Assembly (NCBI GenBank): GCA_963846195.1
Contig: CAWJVG010000018.1
Span: 42,189 to 106,188 of the forward strand
Source: an uncultured Verrucomicrobiae bacterium
GTDB lineage: Bacteria; Verrucomicrobiota; Verrucomicrobiia; Chthoniobacterales; JAFAMB01
Length of the DNA: 64,000 bases
Direction of reading: 5' to 3'
The notes beneath the pieces were generated by a model. The model saw only the letters and a program-made list of their open reading frames with translations, was not told the DNA's origin and ran no database searches. A program made the translations under genes and the position numbers. Shown here piece after piece: positions 40,374-50,363 of this stretch (position 1 is the stretch's first letter; each line of letters begins with the position of its first letter).

Positions 40374-41780
40374 ATGGCCGGCCCCGGGATCCATCAGTTC
40401 CAAAATCTAACGATGCAGCAGGTGCTCGCGCCACAGCTGCAGCAGAGTTTGCAGATATTGCAGGCACCGGCGCTGGAACTCAGGAATATCGTTCAACAAG
40501 AGCTGCAAACGAATCCGGTCCTTGAAGAAGAAATCGATACGTTCGAGGCCGAGGAACGATCCAAGGATGACAGCGAATTCCAAGAGGAGTTCGAACGGTT
40601 GGCAAAGCTGGATGAAGAATGGCGAGATTACATGGCTCAAAATGTCAGCTATTCGTCCAGAAATCTTGAGGACGAAGAGCGGCGTCAATTTTTCTTTGAT
40701 TCGATCGCCAGCCAGGAAACTTTGCAACAGCATCTCTGGGATCAGTTGAACACTTCTGATGTTCCTGAAGGGCAACGGAGAGCTGCCGAATTGATCATCG
40801 GCAACATCGACGACCTCGGCTTTCTCCAGACCTCACTGGAAGATATTTCCAATAACACCGGGCGATCCCTGGCAGAATTGCAGGAGATGCTCAACCTGAT
40901 CCAGACGTTTCATCCCGTTGGCGTGGGGGCCCGGGACCTGCGAGAATGTCTGCTGATCCAGTTGCGGCGTCTGGGAAAGGAAGGGAGTCTCGAGTACCAG
41001 ATAGTGGATCAGCACCTTGAAGACCTTGGAAGGAAGCGGTTGCCGGAAGTCGCTCGGCGGTTAGGTGTTACCGTTGAACATGTCCAAAGGGCCGCCAACT
41101 TCATTTCGACTCTCGATCCTAAGCCCGGCCAGATTTTCGCTCCCGATCCGAACAGCTACGTCCTACCCGACGTCAGCGTCGATAAAGTGGGCGACGATTA
41201 CGCGGTCTCACTGAACGGAGATCAAGTTCCGCATTTGCGCATCAGCAAGACCTACAAAGACCTCATGACAACCGGAACGAACGGAACGGATGTCCGGGAT
41301 TACATCAGAGAAAAGATTCGCAGCGGCAAATTCCTGATCAAGAGTATTCACCAACGTCAACAAACGATCCTGAACATCGCCAACGAAATTGTGAAACGGC
41401 AGCAAGAATTTCTCGAGAACGGAACTGCGTTTCTCAAACCCCTGACGATGGCCCAAATCGCTGAAACGGTGGGGGTCCACGAGACGACCGTGAGCCGCGC
41501 AATCTCCGGAAAGTATATGGCCACCCCCCAAGGGGTATTCGAGATGAAGTACTTCTTTACTCCGGGGTATCAGACTGCTGGCGGCGCTTCACTTAGCAAT
41601 ACGAGTGTGAAAGAATCAATCTCGGAACTGGTCCGCGGCGAGGACACTCGAAACCCGCTGAGCGACAAAGAAATCGTGGAAATTCTTTCCGACCGTGGTA
41701 TACCGATCGCGCGACGAACGGTTGCGAAATACCGCGCAGAGCTGAACATCCTGCCTAGCAACCTCCGGAAGCAGTATTGA
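40374..41780 (+). CDS. rpoN: RNA polymerase sigma-54 factor
   Basis: PQLQQSLQILQ, HETTVSRA, RpoN box ARRTVAKYR. Confidence 0.98.
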   Translation: MAGPGIHQFQNLTMQQVLAPQLQQSLQILQAPALELRNIVQQELQTNPVLEEEIDTFEAEERSKDDSEFQEEFERLAKLDEEWRDYMAQNVSYSSRNLEDEERRQFFFDSIASQETLQQHLWDQLNTSDVPEGQRRAAELIIGNIDDLGFLQTSLEDISNNTGRSLAELQEMLNLIQTFHPVGVGARDLRECLLIQLRRLGKEGSLEYQIVDQHLEDLGRKRLPEVARRLGVTVEHVQRAANFISTLDPKPGQIFAPDPNSYVLPDVSVDKVGDDYAVSLNGDQVPHLRISKTYKDLMTTGTNGTDVRDYIREKIRSGKFLIKSIHQRQQTILNIANEIVKRQQEFLENGTAFLKPLTMAQIAETVGVHETTVSRAISGKYMATPQGVFEMKYFFTPGYQTAGGASLSNTSVKESISELVRGEDTRNPLSDKEIVEILSDRGIPIARRTVAKYRAELNILPSNLRKQY

Positions 41781-41784
41781 GTCA

Positions 41785-42546
41785 GTGTACCGCCTACTGT
41801 TGCTAGCATGCGCGTTGGCCGTCTGGAATACGACCGCCTCGTGTAAAACTTTCCATTTTCAAACGGACACTTTTGCCTTTGAGAATCAAACCTATTTTGA
41901 TTACAAGCCGTTAACCGAGAGCCAAATACAAATCAGCCGAAGACGCGGGCGGCCACCTGATTTTTCGCGTCACTGCTTCCAGATGTGCCGGGCCGTCGTG
42001 CAATTTTTTCAATTCGCAGAGTTTCGCCCGGATCTTCCCAAAATTTCTGCATCGGACTACGAGGAGATCGTCCGCACGGTGAGCAGGATCCCCCCATGGA
42101 GCTCCGGCCCAAAAGAGAAAGTGGCGGTGCCAGGCTACAAAGATCTGCACAGTTTTTCTCTCGGTCAGACCTTGGCCATCCAAAAGAACCTCGGTCTCTG
42201 GTGGCCCTCTTACTGGAGAGTCGGCAACTGGCGGATTGTATTACCAGTGCCGCGTTCCGGCCAGGAGCGGATGGCAAAATGGTTGCGAAATAAACTCGAC
42301 GACGGACGAATCCAGACTGTCTATATCACCCGTTTCAAGCCGATCAATCATTGTCTGGTCGTCTACCACTACGCCTCTGCGCAGAACGGCGATATCGTAT
42401 TTGATGTCTACGACGCGAACCAACCGGGCAAACTGGTGCACCTGACCTATCGTGCCTCAGACCGGAGTTTTGATTTCGACAAAACCTGGTACTATCGCGG
42501 CGGCTTAGTGAATGTGCTTCGACTTTACGCCTCTCCGTTGTTTTAG
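41785..42546 (+). CDS. hypothetical exported protein
   Basis: Signal peptide; Cys (HCFQM), His (NHCL) and YDAN pattern reminiscent of papain-like folds (weak). Confidence 0.7.
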   Translation: MYRLLLLACALAVWNTTASCKTFHFQTDTFAFENQTYFDYKPLTESQIQISRRRGRPPDFSRHCFQMCRAVVQFFQFAEFRPDLPKISASDYEEIVRTVSRIPPWSSGPKEKVAVPGYKDLHSFSLGQTLAIQKNLGLWWPSYWRVGNWRIVLPVPRSGQERMAKWLRNKLDDGRIQTVYITRFKPINHCLVVYHYASAQNGDIVFDVYDANQPGKLVHLTYRASDRSFDFDKTWYYRGGLVNVLRLYASPLF

Positions 42547-42559
42547 AAGGATACCGGAT

Positions 42560-44020
42560 ATGCCCTTTCTCCACTGGTTTAAAAAGAAGTCTGAGAGCGC
42601 GGAAGCCGAGGCCAAAACTGTCCGCGCAGACAAACTCGCTACCGAACCGGCGAACACACCGGAAACCCTCGAAGCCAATCTGGAACAAGCGTCCCGGCAA
42701 CCGACGCTGCAAAATGGGCTGCTATCCGCCGAGCACGCGGTGCAATCGCAAAACCCGACAGACGTTTCCGAAACTGCGTCCGGAGAAATCGGCGCGCTAC
42801 TGCTCACGCCGCATCTTTCCGTACCGATCGGAGCTTTTTATGCGAAGTTACCCGTTCATCTGCTCGCGCCGAAAACACCGGACTTGGCGCAGCCCGTCCA
42901 GATTGCCGAAGAAGATGTGGTGCTTGATCAAGAAGCCCAAGAGGTGTCACTTCCTCTCTCAATTCTGAGTCTGTCGTGTCCGGAGATTTTCATTCGGGCC
43001 GTCGAGGGTGCGGACGATGTCCCGATCACGTTTTCCATTCGCCCTCCGAGTGAGCTCGAACCATTGCCCGCCCAAGAGATCGGCCGACTCGAACAGACGG
43101 AAGAAGGTTTGCCAACCGCTGAGGATACACACGTTGCGAGTGTGGACCCCGGCAGCGAACAGGAGATCAGGCTCCGGCTTCAACCTATTCTCATTGATTT
43201 CCCGCCCCAGCTCGAGCCACCCGGCATCCAGTCCCTGATCGCGACTGAAGCCGAGATCTCGCTGCCGTTGGGTCTGATCCAATCGCAGCTGGCACATGGC
43301 CGCGTAGTCATATCCGCCGAGACATTCCAAAAGGCGTTACCAGTTGATTTAGAGCCTTATTTTGCAGCGATTGACCCGACTGCGGAAATCCCGATCCCCT
43401 TGCAGGAAATCTTCTCGCGACTTCCGCCCATGGCCATCAGGCTCAGAGAAGACCAGGAAATGGATCGCCCCGAAGAGTCGATCATAACGCCATTCGGCGA
43501 ACACGCAGACGAGGACGCCAAACGATTCACCCAAGCGGCGGTCGAGACGGATGCACCCGCGGGTGAGCCACCCCGTTCAACGGATGAACCAGCCAAAATT
43601 GAAGTCGGAAGTGATTCGAAAAGATTGCAAACCATCTTCACGACGGACGAGCCGCTCGACCTGGCCAAGACCATCCAGATGGTCGTCGGGTTACCAGGTC
43701 TCAGATCTTGCATGCTGAGCACCACGGACGGAGTTAAACTTGCAGGGAACCTTGGTGATTCTGGGCAGGAAAAAGTGGTCTCTGGCTTGCTGCCCGAACT
43801 ATTCCAACGAGCGAAATCAAGATTGGAAGCGCTGCAGGCCGGTACGCTTGAAACGATCACGTTTTGTTACGATCTCCAGCAAATGAGCACCTTCGTACGC
43901 GGGAAGCTTTGTCTAACCGTTCTCCATGACATCAGGCCGTTCAAACCGGGCGTTCGCGAAAAGATCCAGGCGGTGATAAACGAGCTCGCTGCTCTGAGCG
44001 ATGCTGGAAAGCCGCTCTGA
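42560..44020 (+). CDS. acidic repeat-containing protein with C-terminal Roadblock/LC7 (MglB-like) domain
   Basis: Repeated xLPLxxIxxxLP-like motifs; C-terminal LPGLRSCMLSTTDGVKLAG; 12 bp upstream of mglA. Confidence 0.7.
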   Translation: MPFLHWFKKKSESAEAEAKTVRADKLATEPANTPETLEANLEQASRQPTLQNGLLSAEHAVQSQNPTDVSETASGEIGALLLTPHLSVPIGAFYAKLPVHLLAPKTPDLAQPVQIAEEDVVLDQEAQEVSLPLSILSLSCPEIFIRAVEGADDVPITFSIRPPSELEPLPAQEIGRLEQTEEGLPTAEDTHVASVDPGSEQEIRLRLQPILIDFPPQLEPPGIQSLIATEAEISLPLGLIQSQLAHGRVVISAETFQKALPVDLEPYFAAIDPTAEIPIPLQEIFSRLPPMAIRLREDQEMDRPEESIITPFGEHADEDAKRFTQAAVETDAPAGEPPRSTDEPAKIEVGSDSKRLQTIFTTDEPLDLAKTIQMVVGLPGLRSCMLSTTDGVKLAGNLGDSGQEKVVSGLLPELFQRAKSRLEALQAGTLETITFCYDLQQMSTFVRGKLCLTVLHDIRPFKPGVREKIQAVINELAALSDAGKPL

Positions 44021-44032
44021 TCCTGTTTAGCC

Positions 44033-44665
44033 ATGCCAGTCATCAATTACGCCGGCAAAGAGATTCAATTCAAGATCGTCTACTATGGGCCCGCGCTGGG
44101 CGGGAAAACAACCAACCTTGCTTATATCCACTCCCGGATTGCTCCTGCACATCGGGGCGATCTTGTCTCCCTGGCAACCGCGGCAGATCGCACACTTTTC
44201 TTTGACTTCCTGCCGTTGACCGCCCTTACGCTCCATGGGTTTAGAATGAAGTTCCAGCTCTACACCGTTCCGGGCCAGGTTATCTATAATTCGACGCGGC
44301 AACTTGTCTTACGAAGCGTCGACGGCGTAGTCTTCGTCGCGGATTCCCAATGGGAGAAAATGGAAGAAAACGTTGGGAGCTTCCGCAACCTTGAACAAAA
44401 CCTCCAAAAGCAAAACCTGGCACTCGACCAGGTGCCCCTCGTGTTGCAGTTTAATAAACGCGACCTCTCGAACGTGGCGCCCGCGAATTACCTGGAATAC
44501 CTGTTAAACAACCGGAAAAGACGGCTGCAAAGCTTCGAATGCGTCGCCAGCACCGGTGCGAACGTCTTTTCGACCCTCGACGCTGTCACTCAACTGCTCC
44601 TTCACAAGTTCAAAAGGGAAAACACCTCGCTCTTTCCCGGACCTGGAAAGCAAACGGCGCGGTAA
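44033..44665 (+). CDS. mglA: MglA-family small GTPase
   Basis: KIVYYGPALGGKTTNL, DRTLFFDFLP, LYTVPGQ, NKRDL. Confidence 0.93.
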   Translation: MPVINYAGKEIQFKIVYYGPALGGKTTNLAYIHSRIAPAHRGDLVSLATAADRTLFFDFLPLTALTLHGFRMKFQLYTVPGQVIYNSTRQLVLRSVDGVVFVADSQWEKMEENVGSFRNLEQNLQKQNLALDQVPLVLQFNKRDLSNVAPANYLEYLLNNRKRRLQSFECVASTGANVFSTLDAVTQLLLHKFKRENTSLFPGPGKQTAR

Positions 44666-44749
44666 GCCCTACTCTCTGGTTTGACCTCCTCTTTGCCTCC
44701 ATTTGCCCTCGTCCTTGCAGCCGGACCATAGCTCATCTATTAGTTTCGG

Positions 44750-45415
44750 ATGATCGACTACATGCAAAAAGGAGGGCCGCTCATGTGGCTCATTCTGCTT
44801 TGTAGCGTTGTTTCTATCGCCGTCTTTTCCGAACGGCTTCTCTACTTTCACCGGGCGACCATTAATCTGGGCGAGTTCCTGCAAGGCTTGTCGAACCTGG
44901 TCAGGAAGCGAAACCTGGCAGAAGCGCGGGTCGAATGTCAGGCAACCTCGGTTCCGGTGACCCGGGTTATTCACGCGGCATTGATCCGCCATCGTCTCCC
45001 TCGCGCGGAGCTCCGGGATATTGTCCAGGAAGCCGGCCAACTCGAGGTCCCGCGCCTGGAGCGGAATCTTGGGATGCTCATCGCGATCGGGTACATCTGC
45101 CCGCTCATCGGGTTACTTGGAACGGTTACGGGACTCATTCAGGCGTTTGTTCAATTGTCCGCCAATAACGGCTACGCCACTCTGGCCGATGTTTCGGGTG
45201 GGATTTACCAAAGCTTGCTGACTACCGCGGCAGGTCTGGTGGTGACGATTCCCACGATCCTCGCCTATTGTCATCTTTCAGCCCGTTTGAACGCACTTCT
45301 CCATGACATGGAACGGGCCGGAATCGAAGTGGTCAACCTTCTTTCCGAAAGCGAACCCGATTCGTCGATCATTGAATTTGCTCCAAAGTCTCAAGCTGCC
45401 GGCGAGCATCGATGA
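44750..45415 (+). CDS. MotA/TolQ/ExbB proton channel
   Basis: GGPLMW, PLIGLLGTV, LLTTAAGL. Confidence 0.93.
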   Translation: MIDYMQKGGPLMWLILLCSVVSIAVFSERLLYFHRATINLGEFLQGLSNLVRKRNLAEARVECQATSVPVTRVIHAALIRHRLPRAELRDIVQEAGQLEVPRLERNLGMLIAIGYICPLIGLLGTVTGLIQAFVQLSANNGYATLADVSGGIYQSLLTTAAGLVVTIPTILAYCHLSARLNALLHDMERAGIEVVNLLSESEPDSSIIEFAPKSQAAGEHR

Positions 45416-45816
45416 AACTGGTCCGGTCAGTGCATCTGAACCCTTTTCTGATCTTCCTCATTCCGTTGGTGGATGTTTGTTTCCTGCTGCTGTTGCTGTT
45501 CCTCGTCAGCTCGACCTTTCTTCTCCACCCGGGAATCAGCGTAAACCTCCCCTTCTCGAAGTTCACGCTGGGACCGCAAAAAAACCCTATTATCGTCAGC
45601 ATCACCGCTGGACCCTATCCCCTGGTTTATTATCGCGATCAGCAGATAAAGCTCGCGGAACTCGCGCAGCGCCTTGCACAAGACCACTCCCCGGACCGGT
45701 CGATCATCATCCAGGCTGATCGCTTAACTCCCCAGGGATCTGTTGTCGAGGTCATGAATCTTTGCCTGGAAAATGGTTATTCGGTTGTGCTCGCGACTTC
45801 GCCGAAAGAACAATGA
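45412..45816 (+). CDS. ExbD/TolR family protein
   Basis: IPLVDVCFLLL (conserved Asp), VNLP, IQAD. Confidence 0.92.
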   Translation: MKLVRSVHLNPFLIFLIPLVDVCFLLLLLFLVSSTFLLHPGISVNLPFSKFTLGPQKNPIIVSITAGPYPLVYYRDQQIKLAELAQRLAQDHSPDRSIIIQADRLTPQGSVVEVMNLCLENGYSVVLATSPKEQ

Positions 45817-46526
45817 ATCAGCCGGAAGCGCGCTTAATCTTCGATTGGCGACAAAGCCGCTGGGACTATCGGTTACCCGTGCTGATCGCGATCTCGTTCT
45901 TCGCACACGTCTTTTGTTTCTACATTTTCCGCGTTGTTTATCCGACAACCACCTCTCTGCTTCCCCCCTCAGCACAGGTGACTGTTCTGGATCCGAACAG
46001 GCCGCAGGATAAGAGTTTGCTGGAATGGGTTGCCATGAACAATCCCGCGAACGCCAGTGCGCCCAGATTCGATTCCCGGGTGATCACCCAGGTGCTTCCA
46101 CGCTATAAGCCAATCTATTCGACTCTCTCCATTGAATTGAAGCGCTCTGATTCCGCCCAACCGCACGAAGAGGGAGTTCCATCGCTGTTTTCTGCTGAAA
46201 CGCTTTTGCCGATGCGCTCCCAACCCCGCAAAGAAGCCGCAGCAAAGACATTCCCGACACGATTGGAGATCGGGTGGACGCTTCAATCACGCGCTCCGGC
46301 GTCTTTGCCCTCGCTACCAACCAGTGAGGCTCTGTCAGAACCAACGTCGATCTTTGTGGGTGTGGATCCCGAAGGAAATGCCGACTATGTTTTTTTGACG
46401 CAGTCGAGCGGGAATGCCCCTCTCGATCAGGCAGCGCAGAATTTCATCCGCTCGGTAAGGTTCAAGCCGGAGCCGAGCCGGAACTGGGGATCGGTTACGT
46501 TCCACTGGGGAGGAACTCCGCCGTGA
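45813..46526 (+). CDS. TonB-like energy transducer (TM with S-x3-H, TonB-C domain)
   Basis: IAISFFAH; VDPEG..QSSGNAPLDQAA..RFKP; ATG 45813 overlaps the exbD stop. Confidence 0.75.
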   Translation: MNQPEARLIFDWRQSRWDYRLPVLIAISFFAHVFCFYIFRVVYPTTTSLLPPSAQVTVLDPNRPQDKSLLEWVAMNNPANASAPRFDSRVITQVLPRYKPIYSTLSIELKRSDSAQPHEEGVPSLFSAETLLPMRSQPRKEAAAKTFPTRLEIGWTLQSRAPASLPSLPTSEALSEPTSIFVGVDPEGNADYVFLTQSSGNAPLDQAAQNFIRSVRFKPEPSRNWGSVTFHWGGTPP

Positions 46527-46762
46527 TTCGGGTAGAATTGCCGGTATTGGTATTTATCTACCTTTTTGTTTTCCTTGCGGCGGTCTTTTCGCTCTGGATA
46601 GTTTATGAATGGCTTCGCCGAAGTCGCGAGAAAGAAGCCTTGCGTTACCGGGTTCGATGCACCATTTGTGCGTCTATTTTCGAAGACAAAACCAACAGTC
46701 TGCTTCCACGATGCCCTCGCTGCGGATGTTTGAACGAAAGATTTAAGATAGGAGGACTTTAA
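46523..46762 (+). CDS. small membrane protein with Zn ribbon
   Basis: TM helix, then CTIC..CPRC; GTGA overlap. Confidence 0.75.
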   Translation: MIRVELPVLVFIYLFVFLAAVFSLWIVYEWLRRSREKEALRYRVRCTICASIFEDKTNSLLPRCPRCGCLNERFKIGGL

Positions 46763-46766
46763 CTCT

Positions 46767-47951
46767 ATGGCAATGTTCATCGGGCGAAACCGAAAAGCCC
46801 GCACAACCTACGGTTTCGATGAAATCGCGCTTGTCCCGGGTAGCGTGACCATCAATCCAAACGAAGTAGATATCACTTTCAACGTACCTCGAAAAAATAC
46901 GGTGCCGCTTACGCTCGCGATTCCGATTCTTGCCAGCGCGATGGATGGAGTTGTGGACGTCAATTTCGCGATTGAAATGGGGAAGCTCGGCGGGTTGGCG
47001 GTCTTGAACCTGGAGGGCGTCCAAACCCGCTATAAAAATCCGCGCGAAGTTCTTCTGAAAATCCTGGAAGCCGATAAGGAACAAGTCACCGGCCTTCTGC
47101 AAAAGATTTACCAGGAACCGGTCCAGGAGGATCTCATCGCCGCGCGGATTAAAGAGATCAAGGACGCCGGTGTGACTTGCGCGGTCAGTTCCATCCCCCA
47201 AAAGGCGGAACGGTACGGACAAATTGCCCAGGAAGCCGGCGCCGCCCTGTTCGTCGTCCAGAGCACCGTTTCGACGGTGCGGCACATTTCGACGGAATAC
47301 AAATCGCTTGACCTTAGGGATTTCTGCCGAGAGATGAAATGCCCGGTGATTGTGGGCAACACGGTCGGATACAGTGTTACGCTTGAGATCATCGAGTGCG
47401 GGGTTGCCGGGGTGCTGGTCGGCGTGGGACCTGGAGCGGCCTGTACGTCAAGAGGTGTTCTGGGGCTGGGTGTACCGCAGGTGACAGCCACGGTGGATTG
47501 CGCCGCTGCACGCGACTACCATTTCAAGAAGACCGGCACCTATGTTCCAATCATCACCGACGGAGGCATGAGCAAGGGCGGCGACGTCTGCAAAGCTCTT
47601 GCTTGTGGCGCGGACGCCGTCATGATCGGCAGCGCTTTTGCGAAGGCGATCGAAGCGCCGGGCAAAGGTTACCATTGGGGCATGGCAACACCTCACGCCA
47701 ATCTACCGCGTGGCACGCGAATCAGGGTCGGAACGACCGGGCCCTTGCGACAGATCCTGTTCGGGCCCGCTGACGTCGACGATGGGAGTCAGAATTTGGT
47801 CGGAGCCATTACCACTTGCATGGGAAACGTCGGCGCCGCCAATCTCCGGGAGTTTCAGGAGACGGAAATCATCATTGCACCCTCAATTCGAACCGAGGGA
47901 AAACTCTTCCAGCAGGTTCAAATGGTCGGTATGGGGTCCAGGAACTCCTGA
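46767..47951 (+). CDS. guaB3: GuaB3 family IMP dehydrogenase-related protein
   Basis: YGFDEIALVPG, SAMDGV, GVGPGAACTSR, DGG, HWGMA; no CBS domains. Confidence 0.9.
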   Translation: MAMFIGRNRKARTTYGFDEIALVPGSVTINPNEVDITFNVPRKNTVPLTLAIPILASAMDGVVDVNFAIEMGKLGGLAVLNLEGVQTRYKNPREVLLKILEADKEQVTGLLQKIYQEPVQEDLIAARIKEIKDAGVTCAVSSIPQKAERYGQIAQEAGAALFVVQSTVSTVRHISTEYKSLDLRDFCREMKCPVIVGNTVGYSVTLEIIECGVAGVLVGVGPGAACTSRGVLGLGVPQVTATVDCAAARDYHFKKTGTYVPIITDGGMSKGGDVCKALACGADAVMIGSAFAKAIEAPGKGYHWGMATPHANLPRGTRIRVGTTGPLRQILFGPADVDDGSQNLVGAITTCMGNVGAANLREFQETEIIIAPSIRTEGKLFQQVQMVGMGSRNS

Positions 47952-48021
47952 GCCCCGATTTCAGGTTCAAATTTTCTGTTGCTTAACCGCATTTTGCAGA
48001 CTAACGCCGTATCGAAGCCCC

Positions 48022-49269
48022 ATGAGTAATCGACGAGTCGTTGTAACCGGAATTGGAGTTGTTTCCCCGATTGGAAGCGATTTGAAATCGTTCTGGGATA
48101 ACGTCGTGAGCGGGAAGAGCGGGATTCGCCCGATTACCCAGTTCGATTCCTCTACTTTCGACTGCCATATTGCCGGGGAGGTCCCCGATTTCCAACCCTC
48201 GCTCTACTTCAAGAATCCCAAGGACGTACGGCGCGCCGATCGATTTGCCCAATTCGCGATGGCGTCCGCCAAGTTAGCGCTCGAAGACAGCGGGCTCGAC
48301 CTCTCCAAAATTGATCGCACCCGATTTGGCGTACTCGTAGGCAGCGGAATTGGTGGGCTCAAGAGCCTCGAAGATCAGCACACCGTCCTCATGAATAAGG
48401 GTGCGTCCCGTGTCTCTCCGTTTATGGTCCCGATGATGATCGTGAATATGGCGAGCGGGTTGATCTCGATGGAATATGATCTCGAAGGCCCAAATTTTTC
48501 GATCGTGACCGCCTGCGCGACGGCCGCGAATTCGATCGGAGAAGCGTGGCGCATGATCCGCTATGGAGACGCTGACGGATTCCTTGCGGGTGGATCTGAA
48601 GCGGTCATTTGCCAGCTTGGAATTGCCGGATTTTGCTCTATGCGAGCGATGAGCACCCGGAATGATGAACCGGAAAAGGCGTCGCGACCGTTTGACCGGG
48701 ACCGTGACGGATTTGTGATGGGAGAAGGTGCCGGAATCCTTGTTCTGGAGGAATATGAGAGCGCGAAAGCGCGTGGTGCGAATATTTACTGCGAACTAGC
48801 CGGATATGGCCTTACCTCAGATGCCTATCACATGACCTCTCCGCGGCCGGACGGTGCCCCCGTGGCGCGGGCGATGCAGTCGGCACTGGACTACGCGGGT
48901 GAAAACGTGATGGAAGTCGATTACATCAACGCGCACGCTACCTCCACCCTGGTGGGCGATATTTGCGAGACCAACGCGATTAAGTTGCTCGCTGGTGATT
49001 ACGCACGGAACGGTCTCCTGGTTAGTTCCACCAAATCAATGACCGGACACTTGCTCGGCGGCGCCGGCGGTGTGGAAAGCGCTGTCTGCATCCTGGCAAT
49101 AAAGAACGGGATCGTTCCGCCCACTATCAACCTGGACAATCCTGATCCAGACTGTGACCTCGACTACGTTCCAAACGTAGCGCGAGAAAAGAAGGTCCGG
49201 CTTGCATTAAACAACTCGTTCGGTTTCGGTGGTCACAATGCAACGCTGGCCTTCCGAGCGCTGGACTAG
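48022..49269 (+). CDS. fabF: beta-ketoacyl-ACP synthase II
   Basis: RRVVVTG, TACA, NAHATST, KSMTGHLLG, NSFGFGG. Confidence 0.97.
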   Translation: MSNRRVVVTGIGVVSPIGSDLKSFWDNVVSGKSGIRPITQFDSSTFDCHIAGEVPDFQPSLYFKNPKDVRRADRFAQFAMASAKLALEDSGLDLSKIDRTRFGVLVGSGIGGLKSLEDQHTVLMNKGASRVSPFMVPMMIVNMASGLISMEYDLEGPNFSIVTACATAANSIGEAWRMIRYGDADGFLAGGSEAVICQLGIAGFCSMRAMSTRNDEPEKASRPFDRDRDGFVMGEGAGILVLEEYESAKARGANIYCELAGYGLTSDAYHMTSPRPDGAPVARAMQSALDYAGENVMEVDYINAHATSTLVGDICETNAIKLLAGDYARNGLLVSSTKSMTGHLLGGAGGVESAVCILAIKNGIVPPTINLDNPDPDCDLDYVPNVAREKKVRLALNNSFGFGGHNATLAFRALD

Positions 49270-49294
49270 AGCTAGAGCGAAAGGCAAGAAGTCG

Positions 49295-49487
49295 GGGGTT
49301 CAGGACTTCAGAAGGCAAAATAGCTGCGGCTATGACAAATGCCGACGTTGAGTCGACTGCTAACCGGTAAGAAATCCGCTGACTCAACCTGCTATTTCGG
49401 GGACAGGGCACTAGCAACAAGCCGGAAGCTGCCTTTTCGATTCTGCAACTCCTGACCTCCTGTAACTCCTGAACTCCTGCCTGAACT
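49295..49487. repeat. inverted CAGGAG/CTCCTG short-repeat element
   Basis: GTTCAGGACTTCAGAA on the left; CTGCAACTCCTGACCTCCTGTAACTCCTGAACTCCTG on the right. Confidence 0.65.
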
Positions 49488-50354
49488 TTGCATACCCCGG
49501 CTCTTCCATTGAACAGGCACGTTCTGCTCCTACTCGCGGCGGCGATTCTCTGGTCCCTTGGGGGCGTCCTGATCAAGTCTATTGATTTAGCTCCCGTGGC
49601 GATAGCCGGCACGCGCAGCCTGATTGCCATGGTCATCATGAGCCTGGCACTGCCCGGCGTTCTCCGAAGGATCTCGTGGCAAACCATTCCAGGGGCAATC
49701 GCCTATGCGGCGACTGTCTTTCTCTTTGTGGTCGCGACGAAGCTCACCACGGCAGCCAACGCAATCTTTCTTCAATACACCGCGCCGATTTACATCGCGT
49801 TGATCAGTCCCTGGTTCCTGGGCGAGCGCATCAAGTGGCTCGATTGGCTGCTCGTCCTGCTCGCGCTGTCTGGCGTGGGGCTTTTCTTTTTCGACCGGCT
49901 CAGTCTCCAAGGTCTTTCTGGCGTATTTGCAGCACTCGGCAGTGGCTTCGCATTCGCTTGGTTAGCGGTCCTGATGCGCCGTCAAAAAGCCGGATCGCCT
50001 GAAGCAGTGGTGCTTTTGGGCAACATAGTTACGTTCCTGATTGCCCTGCCGTGGACATTCCCCATTTTGAGGATCGAAGAGAATGGTCCGCCGCTTCTCC
50101 TTTTAGGAGTTGTGCAATTGACGATTCCGTATCTCCTTTATTCGCTTGCGATTCGGCACGTCCGAGCCCTTGACGCGTCCATCATCAGCATCATTGAACC
50201 GATCTTGAATCCCATTTGGGTGATGCTCGCCACCAGTGAGCGCCCAGCTTACTGGTCCATTGTCGGTGGATCAATCGTGTTAGCCACTTCACTGACCAGG
50301 AGCCTGCTGGCCTCCCGAAGCGTACCAGCCGAAACGCTTCCGCCCGAACCGTGA
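49488..50354 (+). CDS. DMT/EamA family transporter
   Basis: Multiple TM helices, ANAIFLQYTAP, IEPILNPIW. Confidence 0.93.
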   Translation: MHTPALPLNRHVLLLLAAAILWSLGGVLIKSIDLAPVAIAGTRSLIAMVIMSLALPGVLRRISWQTIPGAIAYAATVFLFVVATKLTTAANAIFLQYTAPIYIALISPWFLGERIKWLDWLLVLLALSGVGLFFFDRLSLQGLSGVFAALGSGFAFAWLAVLMRRQKAGSPEAVVLLGNIVTFLIALPWTFPILRIEENGPPLLLLGVVQLTIPYLLYSLAIRHVRALDASIISIIEPILNPIWVMLATSERPAYWSIVGGSIVLATSLTRSLLASRSVPAETLPPEP

Positions 50355-50363
50355 TTCGGAAGC

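Noticed and set aside
47638..48021. Long N-terminal extension of FabF
   Set aside because: Overlaps guaB3; canonical start MSNRRVVVTG is at 48022.
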